Positions 33,150 through 46,694 are shown, counted from the first letter of the stretch. The stretch: 64,000 bases of DNA from Ancylonema sp. (GCA_050230475.1 JBFLGF010000062.1:1-64000); one strand, 5' to 3'. Made by a program: numbers and translations. Notes: generated by a model not told the origin, from the sequence alone.

Positions 33150-34435
33150 CCGTGCCGATGTAAGAATTTATAGATTATTGAAACCCGAATATTGTGATAG
33201 TTTTGTAGATGATGTAATCGCCAAATAAATTACTTCAAATCATTGACGTTAATGTTGCTTTTTGATATGCGTAGAAATCCCGGATTCAATTTGATCATTT
33301 TCTCGGAAATCGAGCGCGTCAAATGACATGTCACACGTGGGTAAGATAAATTATAGAACACACAATTGAGCTTATTTTTCCAGTCGACATTCCCTTTCAC
33401 CGTTGGGTATTGTTGGATCTAGAATATTCCTCGTGCACAAAGCCGCGTCTTTATTTCATAAATGCCAGCTTCCACTATTAGTTCACGTTTTTTTAATTTA
33501 AATATATTCTGCATTAACGATTATTTTTTTGCAATCTTTTTGAATTCTATCATCGTATCTTTTCGTTGTCAAGTGCACCATTCGCCTTTGACGTATTTCC
33601 AATTTTGTGTGAGCTTCGTGTCGTTCCATGAGATGTAAGCTTCTCGACTTTTTTGCTTGCTTGTGTGTGTTATCTGAATCCGAAGTGAACGGAAGCCGTG
33701 TTTCATTTTGCGTCCGCATCGTTGTAATAATGTCGTTCACATAATTATTGCTACGCTTGCAATTATCGTTACCTTCGCAAGAGATGTTGTCAACCGTTTA
33801 TTCACATCATTAGATCGTTACGTTGAAAGTTGCGCCGTTTTTTGTACGCTCTACTAGCTTATTCGCTCCATTCCATTTTGTTGAAGTCGTGTCTTTAACC
33901 TTTGAATCGTTTATTCATTGCATCGTTTGAGCTTGCAAACCGTTTAGCGTATTCTGAAGTATCAACCATTTTCAACACTTCCATCTATAGAAATTCATCG
34001 AACCTTTGCCCTGATGTCTTTTGAAACAATTGTCCACCGTTGCTGACATTATTCACTCGTACTTCTTGATACTTGGTTGTTACCAAGACCTCAAGTGTAG
34101 TCGGTTCGAGTGCATCTAATTATTCAGTGGGCATGAATTCTTCAATGTTCATACTTGTGAAGCACACTGATAAGTCACATATACTAGCAAAAAAACCATC
34201 CGCTGCTAATACCATTTGAGACCCAATCGTCAAATCACTCTACCATGATCAGATGATTACTCCAAAACTGGTGCAAGACGTTGCAAATTCCATGAAAGCA
34301 TCAACTACAATCCGTCAAATTCATCGGGGGGGGGGAGGGGGGAGCAGCTTTCCAGCTTTCCCCAAAATTTGTCAATTTTTTGGTTTTTGCCAAATTCCAT
34401 CGACAAGTTCCATGTCGACTCCATCTGGCGCGTCA
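33150..34435 (+). mobile_element. old degenerate solo terminal repeat (D) related to 50989-52421; left boundary approximate
   Basis: Colinear matches to C: TGCCAGCTTCC, AATTATCGTTACC.T.GCAA, TGTCA.CCGTTT, GTGCATCT, and the end CGACTCCATCT.GC.CGTCA. Confidence 0.65.
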
Positions 34436-37400
34436 ACGTCGAAAACGAGGTTAGATTGGGACAATTCCGATAATCGCATCATAGATCATATCACAATCTG
34501 AACGATAGGATAAAAACAGATGCGAACTCGACAATTTACTTCTAACATTAGAAGGACGTGAACGTTACAAGTTTCCACGGGTACATTAGACTTCCGCACC
34601 TACAATATCACTCCAAAAAAAATACATTTATGAACATCAGCACATGTTTGGACGTATTTTGACGTTGGAAACACATCACCCTGATTTTGTATCTCAACGT
34701 ATGATAACTCAACGTATTGTGCAACCTGGCCTGCTCCTGGAAAGTCACATTTACCTTCCATAACAAAATGAGAAGAGAGCACGTCATACAAATAGGTAAT
34801 GGTGCCATACCATTGAAGAGGTCTTACTCTTTTAGTGTCGTGGCCCTCATAAATGTTAATAGTCACCATTCCAGATTGCACTTCATATCTATATCGCCGG
34901 ATCTTGGTAAAGATGGCAACAACTCTCGAATCGAGTCGTCAAGGTGATCAATGGCTGATAGCAGTAGTAACAAGATGATTAACTGGAGGCATACGCGAGA
35001 TGAAGACCATTAATAATAGGTGTTGCCCTTTTGTGCTTCAACGAGACAACACGGACATGTACACAAAGGTGTCAAACAAACCACACATCCCATTTGTTGC
35101 ACCGACGAGGATTCAATGATCCGAAGTTCTTACGACACTTTGTGTTGAAGTAGAAGGACGAAAATACAAGACCTTGCATGACGCGAACTATGAGTTGACA
35201 ACATGATGTACCACAGCTAAAAGTTTGAATGTCCTCAGTATGATACAACAACCTCTCTAAAAGCGAAACCCTTGATTCATTTGTACATATCAATTTTAAT
35301 TGACACCGTCTCCCTTTTCCAAATGTTGTACAAGTCCTATACATCAAACCTCAAAAAAATACAACAACCAAAAAAACAAAAAAAAAAACAAAAAAAACAA
35401 AAAAACCAAAACGAGCATTCCCACACCAACACGGATTTATTTTGTACATCTTCGTTCACTACACTCCTTTCCTCACTGCTTCAATTTCTTCTAAGTTGCG
35501 ATGCCATCTTTGCCCCCACCAAAGTCCCTAATTCAGTCCTCCTCTGCCTTTTGCTTGTCCTTGGACAACAACCTCTCGTCCCACTCTCGCATTTCTTGTT
35601 TTTCCATGTCATCGAATGATTCCATCCTTTCTGCCCCATCGTCCTCTTGCTCATCCGTTGCCTGGAGAAGCACCACAAAAAGAGAAAAATAGCAAAAATA
35701 GCAAAGCAGGAGAAACAAGCACAAGAAGTGATGAGAAAAAAGTGGCATGCAACAATAATGGTGTCCACACTCCCCACCTTCCACAATTGCGTACCATACA
35801 GATACAAACCACAAACTTTGAGGAACTCTGTAATTTACATTAGTCTCCGAATTTTACACCCCCCCCCAAAAAAAAAAACAAAAAAAAAATCAAACAAACG
35901 AACAAACAAACAAACAAACAAACAAACAAACAACCAAACAAATAAACAAACAAATAGTAAACAAACAAACAAATAATCAACACATAACTAAATTTTAAAA
36001 CGTAACCGGAGAATCTCTAGTCTGGGCAACAAAATGATTTCGACTCCCATGACTCTGACTTTGACTTCGACTTTGACTTTGACTATGACTTTGCATTTAA
36101 CGAGGTGCTATTTTTTACGAAGTGTACATCTCTACAACCTCACGAGATACAAAAGCTCCCCGCTCCACCAAACACACTAAAAACACCTCTCGAGTGTTTG
36201 CCAATTCGTGACGTGCACTTAAACCCCGATAGAGAAGTTTGGCAAACTCCCATATTCGTCGCGACAGCATCCGGGTATCACCGTAGCGGGGAGTGAAGTT
36301 TACAAACAATTACAACGTCAACTCTACGTGGGTTGCCACAATCACAAGGGATGATGGTAACGAGGTGTGACTATAACGAGGTGTGATTGTAACGAGGTGT
36401 GACTGTACACCAAGGGGTACATAAAGTACTTTTGTGGATCCCCACTCCAGTGGAGGCCGATCTCTACAGCTACTATTTAGGAGGCCTACATAGTTCCCCC
36501 TATGGTTTCTTACCGCGTTCCCACTGCTAGACTCCTTCCTGAAAGAGGCTAGAGACACCAAGTGGGTCGCATCTTCCGCAAACTTCTCCACCTGCGAATG
36601 GATACACCTCGATGCCGATTCCGATACTGATTCCATTCTCAGCACACACTTGGTCGAAACAGAATTGGTACTTGAGGATGATGGAACCGCAAATCAGGAT
36701 CATTCAGAGTTGTGCACTTATAGCCAGCAGGAGCAGTGGACAGCACGACGAGAGAAGGACATTTCGAGATTCATACTCGTGCCATGTGATGAGGGCAGAG
36801 GGCAAAGGGGGGAGGGGAGGGCAGAAGTGATAGGGTCCTTTAGGGGGGAAATAAACGGCTTGGTTTGTAAGGCGTATCAGACCAACATACATATGTACGT
36901 AAACTCACAAGTACATACGTACACAGATGTATACACAACCGCGTCCCTATTATACGAAATACACACAAATGCATATTCAGTTGCACATATGCATAGATAG
37001 ATAATGAAGGGTGTTGGCGGTTGAGTTCCATGGGCTTCATAGGGTTCTGGGTTCAAACAAAATGATTGGAACCGCCATGGAACCAGCACGGGGTTAAGAG
37101 ACACCCTTGTACAGGCACAGGGTACAGTTGACCATTTGCTGTTCAGATTTGGATCTGAACCCAGTCATGCAACTCTGACTCAGACTCACTCTGGATTACG
37201 TGTCAACTGCCAACTGTCAATGGTTAGCTGTGTGGTCGACTGCTTTTCTTTCTTCGAATTCAGAAGACCAAGACGGTACATTTTGGTCTCAAAAGAGGCC
37301 TCAGCTTACAGCCACTACCTCCACTCTATTGGGATCTATAGTGTGCACTGAATAGAGGGTCGGTGGCGGTTAGAGGAAGAACCAGATATAAGAAACGTTG

Positions 37401-37990
37401 TTATAAAGAGCACCCGTCCCTGTCACCGACCCCTCTATAGTCACTCTTGCGGTTGAATGAGTATGATTGCCAGTAAAGAAGTTGTGCCTGTAGATGGGGG
37501 AGGATAGAGAGGATCCACTTGTTCTGTTCTCCCCAATTTGGTGCCTTCATTAATGTAGGGGTGTGCCTATGGGAGGGGTGTGCCTGTAAGAAGGGTGAGA
37601 CTATAGGAGATGTGTGCCTATACGTGCAATCTGTAGTACCTGTACGTTGATGATGCAGAGCAGCGTGGAGATGAGGAGAAGCCAACTGCGGTCGTCAGAG
37701 AACCCACTGAAGCTTCATGAAAGGGGGGGGAGGACGGGGGTGGGGGGAGACGGGGGGGAGGGGGGGGAGGGGGGGGGGAAGGGAGGGAGGGGAACAGCAT
37801 ATGCACTTAGTTTTGGAACCATACGTTCAGGCAGTATGCTTATAGATCAGGGGGGGGGGGAATGAAAGTAAGCAAAACAAAGTGATAGGAGTCTGCCAGT
37901 TAAACACAAAGCCCAAGGAGCCCCCTAGAGAACAAACATGAAAAACAAAACAAAAAAAAACCCAAAAATCACAGGGAAAAATATGAACAA

Positions 37991-38290
37991 TACAGTAAAA
38001 CCTGTCTTAGTTAATAATGTTGGGACAGGAAAAAAATATTAATTGAGTCAGGTTATTACCTAAGACAGGATCGGTTCCAAATGACGTGAAACCAGTTTCT
38101 ATGTGAATACGAGGGGCAACGGGCTTATATCCAGCTCGGAATCAACCCAAACGTGTATTTTCATTTAGTTATAATCATGATCATAATGATATATGCGAAT
38201 TTCCAACATGAGCCAACCCTCCATATTTGTACCCCGCATTACTCTAAATAATAACCATTTTTACCAGAATTCGTTTTTTTTAAAAGGGAA
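37991..38290 (+). mobile_element. non-autonomous Tc1/mariner-like element fragment
   Basis: Starts TACAGTAAAACCTGTCTT; reverse-complement match to 3060-3353. Confidence 0.65.
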
Positions 38291-38699
38291 ATCCGGTTTT
38301 TTTTCGGTTTTTTGTTTATTTTTTATTTTTTTATTTATAAAGCAGTCCACTCAGAGGAGCACCAGGTTGGAAGTCAACTCCGAATCCAGTCTGTAGGCAC
38401 ACCCTGCCATACTGCCATACTGCCATTTGGTCCACCTGCCCATTCTTGTTCTGAACCCAATGATGGAAGAGGACAGGACACACCAAAAGCTGACTGCTGT
38501 TTGTTTCTGGCGTTTAAATTTATCATTGATGGGTGCACATATCAAGTAGGAGTGCCTAAATAAAATACAATACAATACAATATACAATACAATATACCAT
38601 ACAATATAGCCTAAATACACGTAGAGCATTTTTGGTGCTTATAAACCCATGGGCGCACATGCGTATACTGACAGCTGTACAATATATGCCCATTAAGAA

Positions 38700-40330
38700 G
38701 TATTTGATTGCACGGCGGTATGCCCGGTCTTTTTGCTGTTGGTTTGGAGTTGGTATGTATTGATGTGTTTTGAGTAATGTCATGGTAGCATTTCCATCCC
38801 AAATGTCAACTTTGAGGTCGTTAGGTAGTGGTGTATCTTGGTGGTGGCTGAGGTAGTATGATGGTGATACTTGAAGAGTTGGAGATGTCTCGAAGTAATA
38901 ACATGGTGTTTTCTCCCCCAGTGTCTCAATCTCATGGTTGTCTGTAGTGATTTCGGGTAGTGGACATCGGCTACATCCATCCGCGTTGGAGTTGGCTATG
39001 CCAGGGCGATGAAGAGTGCCCAGAGTGCCAATTTACCCGTAAGTTTTGTAGTAGTCATTATCCATTTGAGTGGGGCATGGTCGGTGATCAAGATAAATGG
39101 TTTTCCAAACAAAAATTGTCTGAAATGTTGTGCTCCCAAATGACTGCAAGACACTCGCCATGGAAACTACCGTAGTTTTTCTCTGCGTTGTTGCACCTGC
39201 GGCTGGCGAATGCGACTGCATATTCTTGTCCTTCTTTGTCAACTTGACTGAGTACCGCACCTAATCCATGAGCACTCCAATGTGTAGCCAGAATGTATGG
39301 TAAGTTGGTATCAGGTCGTCTAAGGACAGGTTCATAACAGAGCTTGGTTTTTAGTTCTTTGAATGCAGTATCTTGAGAGTCGCCCCACTGCCATTTGACA
39401 TCACCTTTGAGAAGCTCATTGAGTGGTAAAGCAATTTTGGAGAAATGTGGTACAAATTTTCGGTAGTAGGTAAATAGTCCCAGAGCTGCCCGTAGTTGGT
39501 GAATATCCTTGGGTGCAGGCATATCCTAGATTGCTCGGGTTTTCTCATCTTGTGGTGCAATGCCTTTACCGGAGATCTTATGCCCTAAGAAATCCATTTC
39601 ATCTGCGAAAAATAAACATTTTCGTGGACGACATTTGAGTTTGAATTGTCGCAGGCGATGAAACACTTGACGTAGATGTTGAATGTGGTATTCGTGCCGC
39701 TCCAGTTACTGATGTCATCAAGATAGCACCGTGAGTTGCAAAGACCAGCTAGGATGCGATCCATAGTGCGTTAGAAGAATGGAGGTGCGTTTTTCAATCC
39801 ATATGGTACGACATTCCATTCATATAGTTGGCGGTCTGCTCCCCAAAATGCAGTTTTACATTTTTTTTCCTCAGCGATTGGTATTTGGTGATATCCTTGC
39901 CGGAGATCCAGTTTGGTAAAGATCTAAGCATCCTTCATATTGAGAAAAATGTCCTCGATGCGTGGTAATGTTTGATTGTTGATAGGGCGGTAATCTCCAC
40001 ATTGACGATAGTCTGTGTAGTTGCCTTCTTCATCCTTTTTGCGAACAACGACTGTGGCGGAAGCGTAATGGTTGCTATCGCTTTTTCGGATCATTCCAAG
40101 TTCCATAAGTTTTTGACAATTTCCGCGTACAAATCCCCATTCCGCCTATTTCAGACAGGCGGTGTGAGTTTTGGAAATTTGGTTGTGTAGTTTGGAGTGG
40201 TATTTCCACAAGTTTATTGCTAGAAGGTAGTAGTTTTTCTAAAGAAAATGCGAAAACATCTTTGTTTTCCTTGAGTAGTTCAATGACTTGTAGCTTTTGT
40301 TCCTTTGTCAAGTTGTTTCCTATTTTCCAG
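38700..40330 (-). pseudogene. Ty3/gypsy reverse transcriptase-RNase H of element A, with stops, frameshifts and deletions
   Basis: YRQCGDYRPIN, LPRIEDIF, TKLDLRQGYHQI, KTAFWG, PYGLKNAP, CYLDDI, FLGH, ALGLFTYYRKFVPHFS, GLGAVLSQ, AFASR, EKNY, ITDH, NADGCSR. Confidence 0.92.
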
Positions 40331-40614
40331 GTAATAGGTTCAGCTTCTGTGGTAGGATTGTTGTCGTGTGGTTATGGAATGACATTGCCATATGTAACCG
40401 TTGTAGATTGGTAACTTGTCTCAAACAATAGTGCCAGAGTCATGGAGATAGCATCGTTCCGAAGTTGTGGTTCGTTGTCTGGTACAATATGTGAATGGTC
40501 ATGGTTTGGGTAAAATGTAGAGGTGTGGTTATCATAGTGGAGTGTATGATAAGCTTGTGGTATTTGGTATTTCCCACCCCCCCTATCATTGGTTGAGAGG
40601 GTGGGGTCCGATTC

Positions 40615-42039
40615 CTATATGAGGTTATATGATGGTATCGCATGAGTTGCCACTATCATGCCCCTTAACCATTTTTCCATGTTGCGATCCATAGTGATGC
40701 CCAAAATAACTTTGCGTTGGTCTTCTCTGATGCCTGGTGCACATGTGTCACCGTTTTCAAACCCCATGAGTCTCTTCCGTTCCCATAAGTTTGCTTCTTC
40801 CCAACGCTGTGTGTCGACGTTGTAAAGCATGCCTGGTCCTGGTTCTTTCCAACGTTGAAAAGTGAACTGGTAGCTGTCTGGGTAAGACACCAGAGTAGGT
40901 CGTGCACGGCGAGGTCGTCCAGCTTTGTTGACTGATGTAAATGGTGGTTGGTCATCGGTCAAGACTTTGTTGGGTCTATGGTGTGGTTCCAAAATTTTGT
41001 GAAGAGGTAGTAGGTTGGGTTCATCTGGTATAGCGAGTTCCAGAATGTTTGGTGCTAGCAAGTTGGTCCATAAACAGCGGACTCTGTGTGCCGTGCTACC
41101 AAAGCTGCATGCATCGACCACTGCTGGAAAGCCTAGAAAAGACTTGATGAGAGTAGTGGTATCCTTGACTTCTTTGATGAGGTCACCGAATGGGTATGTG
41201 TTTTCAAGTACGAATACTGGTGGAATTTTTTGTACTTTAATCAGATGGTTGAGGTAGCGAATCAAGTGGAAAAAGAAAGGAAATATACGGTCGTAATATC
41301 CTTTGCCTTGTCCTACCTTGCTGATCATCTGGCATTCCCATCCTGCGAATATGAAGTCTATTGGTCCTCGTTGTGCAATGAGTCTGTCCAAATCGTCGTT
41401 GGAAATTTTTGAAATGTCATGATCGAGACGTGTGTCAAACCCTTTGATTGCACTCGTGGGTAGTAGTCCGGGATAACGAGTTTGTATCTTTGGTAAGAAA
41501 GCTCTGGTTATATCTTGAGCATCTTCATCGATATCTGTGTTGGTGTAAGTGCCAATCTTCTTGCCTTGTTCGACAGTCATTATGGCGTCCCTGCAACTCA
41601 TGCCTCCAAATGGTTCCCAAACATGTAGTCCATTTTGCAGTGCTTTGGGGTCAAAACGTGCGGTGTAATCCGGTGTTATAGGAACCGCATCACGAATCGG
41701 TATACCTTTCCATTCAGTCCATGGTGGTAATGGTGATGTTCTGGCTTTGTCTATGGCATTGCGCAAATATGAAGCATTGGTAATGCGCAAAGTGTTGAGG
41801 CGGTTGGTTGCATGGTGTTCGTTAACTTGGTTCAGACATTTCGCAACCATGTTCAATTGTGGTCGACTGGCTTGACGAATATTTGTATGTTTGGTGGTGG
41901 CGAGATAGACCATGGTATTGGCTTCCCATTCTTGCAAGTTTGGTTCATATGGTTGTTCTTGAGATGCATCAGATGAGTATTCTGGTTCAGAGTACAAACC
42001 ATTGCTGGCAATGTTGAATTCAAATGCGGTGAGTACATC
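40615..42039 (-). CDS. C5-cytosine DNA methyltransferase domain within the element A polyprotein (between protease and RT)
   Basis: Motif I VWEPFGG, HDISKI (III), motif IV IFAGWECQ (catalytic Cys), motif VI FVLENT, motif VIII AHRVRCLWTN, IX ERKRLMGF, X ILGITMD; open over about 470 codons. Confidence 0.9.
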   Translation of the reverse strand, partial: DVLTAFEFNIASNGLYSEPEYSSDASQEQPYEPNLQEWEANTMVYLATTKHTNIRQASRPQLNMVAKCLNQVNEHHATNRLNTLRITNASYLRNAIDKARTSPLPPWTEWKGIPIRDAVPITPDYTARFDPKALQNGLHVWEPFGGMSCRDAIMTVEQGKKIGTYTNTDIDEDAQDITRAFLPKIQTRYPGLLPTSAIKGFDTRLDHDISKISNDDLDRLIAQRGPIDFIFAGWECQMISKVGQGKGYYDRIFPFFFHLIRYLNHLIKVQKIPPVFVLENTYPFGDLIKEVKDTTTLIKSFLGFPAVVDACSFGSTAHRVRCLWTNLLAPNILELAIPDEPNLLPLHKILEPHHRPNKVLTDDQPPFTSVNKAGRPRRARPTLVSYPDSYQFTFQRWKEPGPGMLYNVDTQRWEEANLWERKRLMGFENGDTCAPGIREDQRKVILGITMDRNMEKWLRGMIVATHAIPSYNLI

Positions 42040-43699
42040 TGTCATGACGCTAGAGATAGCTAAGGCGAAACCCCTCTAGATTGATCAAGAACCCCTCTAG
42101 ATTAATACTCTGCTATAGCGAGAGTATTGCATATAACGATTTTCTAGAACTAGTACTTTACAAGAAAAATAGTGAAGTATGAAATTCGTACGACTCGAAA
42201 ATAACGTGTGGCGTATTTTCCGAAGTCTAGAATCCAGCAGTCTTCAACAAATAGGTGCGTGTCGATTTTGTTAAAATCGCAAGTCTCTTTAGACTTGTCG
42301 ATAATCCCGGCGATTAAATCCAACCGTAGAACTAGAGGAATATCTCGCGCCGCTTTCATCGGAGCGCCGAGATTAATTGTAATTTTCTAGAAGCCAGCCT
42401 CTCGCTATCTTCGACAGTTTAACTCTAGTTAACTCTGCCGGTTAGCACCGCGCAACAGCTTTGTGATATAAGTCAAATTGTACTTTCAGATCTGGCAGCT
42501 TCCGCTGTCAGATTGTGTTGTTAAGAAGTCCCTTCCAACAATATTTTTGTGTTATCTGAATCCTTTGCAATTCTGTGAACATTGCATCCCTTCGTTTACG
42601 CGACTACGCAACGTGCTCGTCTTCCGACTCAGCCTGACATCCGACAGCCAGTCGGTAAGATTGCAAATCATTCGTTGCAATCTGTGTGTGTGTGTATTTG
42701 ATCTGATTCATCTAAATCTGTTGCTGACGCTCTTTCTAAGCCAGATTGTTAATCGACTGTAACTTCTTACATCGATTCGCTGACGCTCTGTCTGAGCCAG
42801 CAAGCGTGTGTGTGTGTTAAACATCTGTCGATTTGCTCGCGTTCGCTCCGAAGCGGAAATTTCATTTGTGTGTGTGTGTTTGTTGTCGCTCGCTCCGAGC
42901 CAGCATCTGTTGTTTACACCTGTCTGCTGACGCTCTTTCTGAGCCAGCATCTTTTATCGACGCGCCGTCGATACTTTGCTTTCGCACCGAAAGTAACTCT
43001 TACGGCTGTTAACCTTGATAGTCTGCTCCAGACTACCAGACTATCTTGTTTGCTTTATAGTATTTTCACACTATAAACCATCTGTTAGGCCCTCGGCGTT
43101 ACGTAGTGAATTTCACCAGACCGCTGAGACGTGTGATAGATATGATATTGATATCTCAGCAGAGACTCAATCTGCAGTACTACTTACTTCAATCCGACCG
43201 CGGAAGACCTTGAATTATCAACAATTTAAAGTCTGAAAAGGTAAATTGCCTTAAAAAAAAATTGTTTTTTTTTGGCAACTTTTCTTCTACTATTTTGTAT
43301 TCGATGTGCTCGCAAGAGTAGTGCATGCAGTGGTCACGAGATAGTAGAGGGAGATTAACCAAACTGGAGATAACTAAATCTGCTGAAATTATCGATCGAC
43401 CAGCTGCACCAGCTATCGACAAAAACTGTCCACGATCACCGGACATTGATATAATTAATATCGAATCATCAGCTGCACCAGTTGTTGATACTTATATTCA
43501 TACTGATATTGACAATTCAGCTGCACCAACTGTCAATATCTCGGCATTCCATCTGCCTAGTACCCTTCTCGATAACGATTCTACAACCCAAATATAATTA
43601 ATATTTGAACCCAACAAATTGACATGTTCTACATCTGAACCAGAACAATCTTTGGAACGCCTACCTACAGGCTCCATTAACTTGAAACTTGTTTTGATT

Positions 43700-46694
43700 A
43701 TTGACACAGACGACCACATCGTCGACACCACAACATCTGTGGCTGGACCATCGACCACTGTTCTCACTACAACGCCACCAAGCGCTGCAACAACATCCAT
43801 TTATCGACACAAGATAGATAAAAGGTGGGACAGACTCTACCATGGCCAACCCAACGCCACTACCGACATATACTAGAGAAACTGGTGTCAAACAAGATGA
43901 GTTCATCGATAGTTTGAGACAGTTAGACCGAACCCAACAACGCGCACAGCGTATGGGGCATGTACAGTGGGACTGAGTACTTGCAGCAGGTCAGTATATG
44001 AAAGGAGAAGCTCATCGAGAATGGCAACAGTTTGTACGTGACAACCGTGGTACTACTACTACGGAAGATATTCGAGATATGTACCGTGAGCATAATTCCA
44101 ATGTCGCATATTATCGTCTGCAAGGTAGACAGGATGGACAACATGCACCGATCAAACCCACATTATCGGCAGCAAAACCAACATAACTGGACTTGTTCAT
44201 CACTACCATCAAAAATCGTTTTCGAACTTCAGCTGCAGAATTTGTCACTTAGATCGAAACATTTTCAGCACGACCCAACGACTGTGTTGCAACCACATTT
44301 GCACGCTCTTTAACGACCCAACAACAATTGTTCAAGAGGCAGGAGCCATGACAGAAGAACAACTGGCTAGGAGGTATATACCACATATTCCTCTACCACT
44401 ACAGTCTTATATCGACGACTGGCATTTTCGAGAATCAGAGGAAGGGTACTACAAGAATCCACCGGATCCTCCTATTACCAAGAAGGAAATTATGGAGAAA
44501 GCTAACAAGGCTGAATTACTACGTATGAAACAAGACGCGGAGAACCGCGCAACCGGGATCACCAGATCTCCTAAACTACCTTCATACACTCCATGTACTC
44601 CATACAATGCTCCTAAACCAACAGGCGTATTGACACCACGACAGGATAACAGCATGGAATGCTATAAGTGTCATCAGACCGGACACCTTTCGCGTGACTG
44701 TCCTGCACCAAGGAAACAAAACAACTTTCAGTCATCAGGTTACCAATCTGATAAAATTTCCAAAACCAACCAATCCTCAGGATCATAGTTTAAGGGAGGT
44801 GCGTACCGTACTGAAAACATACAAACTTTCAAACCACGACCTCGCCAGTTTGATGCAAAACAGTACACCGCTGATGCATTCTGTGAATACTGCAAAGGTA
44901 AACACCACACCCGAGACCAATGTCAGAAACTTGCCAAGGTACAGAACTTCCTAACTCTCAATACACCACCCAGTGCAGATACCCAACCCAAACAAATCGT
45001 GGAAGACTCTGAATCCTGAGACGCAGACAAGTTACCTGGCTATGCAAGTAGACGACTTGGCACGCCAACGAGAATTCGAAAACATGTCGCACCAAACAAC
45101 GGACTCTGAGATCGCAGAAAAGGCACATGACAACGCGGTTGCACTTGTCAGCTCCATGCAAGAACCTGCAGCCCAATACACTACCAATCAGGATTTCACC
45201 ACTACTTCACCACGCAACTCTCAGGACACCAAATATGCTATCCAACATAAGGAGAAGAAAGCCACAGCAGACCAATCTGCGAGAGACAGTGAATCTGCAC
45301 GTGTCGGCCCACGCCGTTCCATTCAATTCGGCTCCCAACCTGAGGAGGCCGTCTTGCTTACTTTACCACCGGTCAAAGCGGTAGCAGGTGATTATGAGGA
45401 TAAATATCCCCTTACACCTGGCTCCACGCGCATTGACCCTCCACCTGAGTTCACAACGGACTATGGGGAAATACAAGAAACTGCGGATACACCTCACCAA
45501 TCAGTAGTACGCAAACGATTGGAAATCGAGGACAAAATCAAGCGCAAATGCATTCCTGAGGCACTTGAACAAGCAAAGTTTATAGATTTCAACCAACCCA
45601 TCTCACCTCGCAGCACTGTGTGTCAAACATTCTTTCGCGCTGCTGAGTTTGAAGATGCACATACTCCTATGGAATTGGATACCTCAACAATTATATCCTT
45701 AGACATTTCAACCAAACCTATATCACCTCAACATTCGCTACCTACTTCTGACACTCAATTCCTTTCAAACATTCTTTTTGATACAGACCTTTCTCGGGCT
45801 GACAACGACACCTTCGAACCAAATGAGCTACACGAGCTCACTAAGGACGACTTTCGAAACCGATACCACGCTATGATCTCGCAACAGAAAATTTCTCGAG
45901 CAGTCGTCTTCAAAGCAGCCAAAATAAAGGCAGAGGTAACGATTACACGAAGAATATCATAACTCATCAACGAACAAAAATCGGTGCTTCTCTGCAAGGA
46001 TGTGCAAGCAGATGTCGACATCGCCGCAGCTCGGGAGGAGGAAAAGAGCAAATGGATTCAGCAGTATGATCTTCTAGTGGATACACTCCATTCCAAATTG
46101 GAAGACAAGATGCAGGACCTAGTCGTTCTTCACGCAACGTAACTCCAAGAAGTTCGCTAGGAAGCTGCTCGTCTGGAACAGAGGCTACAAATGGAGATTG
46201 GCAAGAACGTACTGCGCGGCGAACATTCAGCACCAATTCCCAATTCCCCACTTACCAGCTGTGCACCCTCCACATCCATTAGTTCTGCACCTTCTCCTGC
46301 TGCCAGCACCCCTACCCAACCAGGGGGTGATACCATGGACACCTCGGAGGCCATAAAACCTCCTACAACTGCTGCGTGCAAACGGGAGGCGTATTCCACT
46401 CACCCCATTTTGATGGATAGTCGGCGGTCTACACCTACAACTCCCAACTCTTCATCCCAATTACCCAATGCACAAGACCCGGGACAATCCATTGTCAAGG
46501 CGATGGAGAAGGAAGCTGTGAAGAACAAACCACTCGGTGCCTACGCACACCTGCGCGACCCAAGAGACAAAACCGACGTTGCTCAACGTCTGGCACGCAC
46601 GAATACCAATGTGTCAGATTTTACCTTCCGTCAACCATTCATTCGACCGGCTATGGCTGTTAGGACCCTCGCTACAATCACTAGGGCTCCCTAG
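43700..46694 (+). pseudogene. gag-like ORF of element B plus a long uncharacterised extension, interrupted by stops
   Basis: CCHC knuckle CYKCHQTGHLSRDC (~44660), a second knuckle FCEYCKGKHHTRDQC (~44880), then consecutive ORF fragments 44973-45962 and 46191-46694. Confidence 0.75.

Noticed and set aside
36123..37113. solo LTR bounded by TGTACA...TGTACA
   Set aside because: Flanks (CGAAG / GGCAC) give no TSD and there is no second copy in the window.
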